This document shows positions 62,854-64,000 of a DNA stretch of 64,000 nucleotides, one piece after another (positions within the stretch are counted from its first letter, which is position 1; each line of letters begins with the position of its first letter). This stretch comes from an uncultured Spirochaetota bacterium. GTDB taxonomy: Bacteria > Spirochaetota > Spirochaetia > SZUA-6 > Fen-1364. The translations under genes and the position numbers were made by a program. The notes under the pieces were generated by a model. That model saw nothing but the letters and a program-made list of their open reading frames with translations, was not told the origin of the DNA and made no database searches. The stretch is from the NCBI GenBank assembly GCA_963734545.1, contig CAVTHO010000009.1:287968-351967 (forward strand), given 5' to 3'.

Positions 62854-63157
62854 CGTTGCCTCCAGCAGGATCAATTCCTTGGGGCAAGGATGCTACCAAT
62901 CGAAGGTTGGGAGTAGGTGCGGTTTATTTAGCGCTTACGCAACGAAAACCTAAACGGCCTTATCCGCCAATACCTCCCCAAGGGAATGTGCATGAGCGGC
63001 ATCACCCAAGCCCACTGCAACTACATTGCCTTCAAATTGAACTCAAGACCCCGAAAACGCCACGGCTACAGAACACCCCAGGAGGTATATAATGCAGACT
63101 CTCGATAATTGCACTTCAACCTTGAACCTAAGTGGCTATCTCACATCTCCTCGTCAT

Positions 63158-63559
63158 TCACCATTCTCCCGTCTGAGAGATTAAGAATTCAGTATTATTC
63201 TCCATATTTAGATCGTATAGCCACTGAAAAGTATGTGGAGCGTAATGAAGGAATGGCTTTGCGAGTTCTGAGGCGCGCTTCCAAGAGGAGCAAGTGAGCT
63301 CGCATTCGAAAGTATTCGCTGCGGAGGTCTTCTTGATTCCGTTGTCATTTCTGCCACTTCTTAGAACCAGCATGCAACCGTCTAGTGGCTGGATAAAGGG
63401 TAAGGAGCTCAAGATTATTGAATAATCAGAGTCACTTGAAAGCCTGTCCAATACTTGAATAAATAAAGAGACGTCGTCGGATGTGAAGTCGTAGAGTCGA
63501 ATGATGGAATCCGAAGGCCAGCCTGTATTAACCTCCGCCAAATAGTCCAACTTCATCAT
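63158..63559 (-). CDS. Hypothetical protein (gene cassette)
   Basis: 133-aa ORF with a GGGG RBS, lying between attC5 and attC4. Confidence 0.75.
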   Translation of the reverse strand: MMKLDYLAEVNTGWPSDSIIRLYDFTSDDVSLFIQVLDRLSSDSDYSIILSSLPFIQPLDGCMLVLRSGRNDNGIKKTSAANTFECELTCSSWKRASELAKPFLHYAPHTFQWLYDLNMENNTEFLISQTGEW

Positions 63560-63877
63560 TCTTGTTCCCCCTGCGGACTACATTGGTTCACTTTGGGTTG
63601 TTCGTCTCTATGCACGAAAGCATACCCACAAGCTACGGATTGTCCAGGCGTCCATGAAAGAACTTTCGCTTCCTTCTACGATAGGACCAGACCGCTCAAA
63701 AGCAGATGACAGGTTTGACAGGTTCCAGAGTTGTGCGATTGATCTGTTGACGGAAGATTTGGGGTTCCCGTTTGTTCGCCGGCGTATCTAACCTTTTGGA
63801 CATAGCAGCACCATTCTCCGCCCGTCACAAACCAACCGACCTGCGCCACCGCAGGCAATGGCCACCGCAGAATCGCC

Positions 63878-63993
63878 ACATAACATAGAGTTCAGTTGCC
63901 CCGCCGCATCAGACAAGGGCTTCATTGAATTGCCGGGCCGCATTCACTGTTCCGAGCGGCCTCTAAGGGGACAACTGCAACGATTTGTTACAT
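63878..63993 (-). repeat. Integron attC site 5 (116 bp)
   Basis: Minus strand ATGTAAC-AAATC-GTTGCAGT-TGTCCCC...GGGGCA-ACTGAAC-TCTAT-GTTATGT, with two extrahelical bases. Confidence 0.9.
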
Positions 63994-64000
63994 GCCCCAC

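Larger units (their letters stand above)
62078..62938 (-). mobile_element. Partial IS66-family element
   Basis: GTAAGCG terminus at 62938 (minus strand), tnpA and tnpB, and a scrap of the TnpC C-terminus (RKNWLFSGSP...SLIETAKANG) at ~62090-62182. Most of tnpC and the other end are missing. Confidence 0.82.
61357..63108 (+). pseudogene. IS30 transposase, interrupted
   Basis: YHQLSQEERY, WSPEQI, SHETIY, GHWEGDTV, TLDNGTEF, then resumes after 62938 with NENLNGLIRQYLPKG...RPRKRHGYRTP. Confidence 0.9.
61263..63132 (+). mobile_element. IS30-family element interrupted by IS66
   Basis: 24-bp imperfect IRs CGTGGATTCAACTAGTAAGTGCAA / CTTAGGTTCAAGGTTGAAGTGCAA, with a TGG direct repeat at 61260-61262 and 63133-63135. 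Confidence 0.85.

Noticed and set aside
53605-63993. The recurring TAACATAGAGTT...CAACGATTTGTTA repeats as a CRISPR array or MITE family
   Set aside because: Spacing is kilobases with genes in between, there are no cas genes, and the box structure and cassette-end complementarity fit attC.

Overview
Two very different halves. Bases 1-34256 are GC-rich backbone DNA: a TetR/thioesterase unit with two operator palindromes, a cadherin-like lipoprotein, an Rrf2-qNor pair divergent from ubiE/menG, a polyprenyl synthase and a complete nuoA-N (fused NuoCD) complex I operon, then a GH12 lipoprotein, hydrolases and a two-component/ABC-2 exporter unit. Many conserved genes there are split by frameshifts, most likely long-read consensus errors. 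From ~34260 the DNA becomes compositionally patchy and more AT-rich, with a run of unrelated, mostly minus-strand genes. At the right end (53.6-64.0 kb) there are five clear 116-121 bp integron attC sites on the minus strand. No integrase is in the window. Every cassette has ~13 bp of end-to-end complementarity, and that signature identifies a truncated attC at 52.6 kb, so the 34-52.6 kb gene run is probably the eroded distal tail of the same array. An IS481-like element and an IS30 (itself hit by a broken IS66) each sit beside an attC. The most unusual cargo is a self-promoted HTH regulator coupled to a stand-alone EF-Ts paralog. There is also an accessory RsgA, an RPH-like PEP-dependent phosphotransferase, a GyrI-serine hydrolase fusion and an inverted alternative C-terminus of a GT-C glycosyltransferase. 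All calls come from motif recognition by eye; no searches were run.
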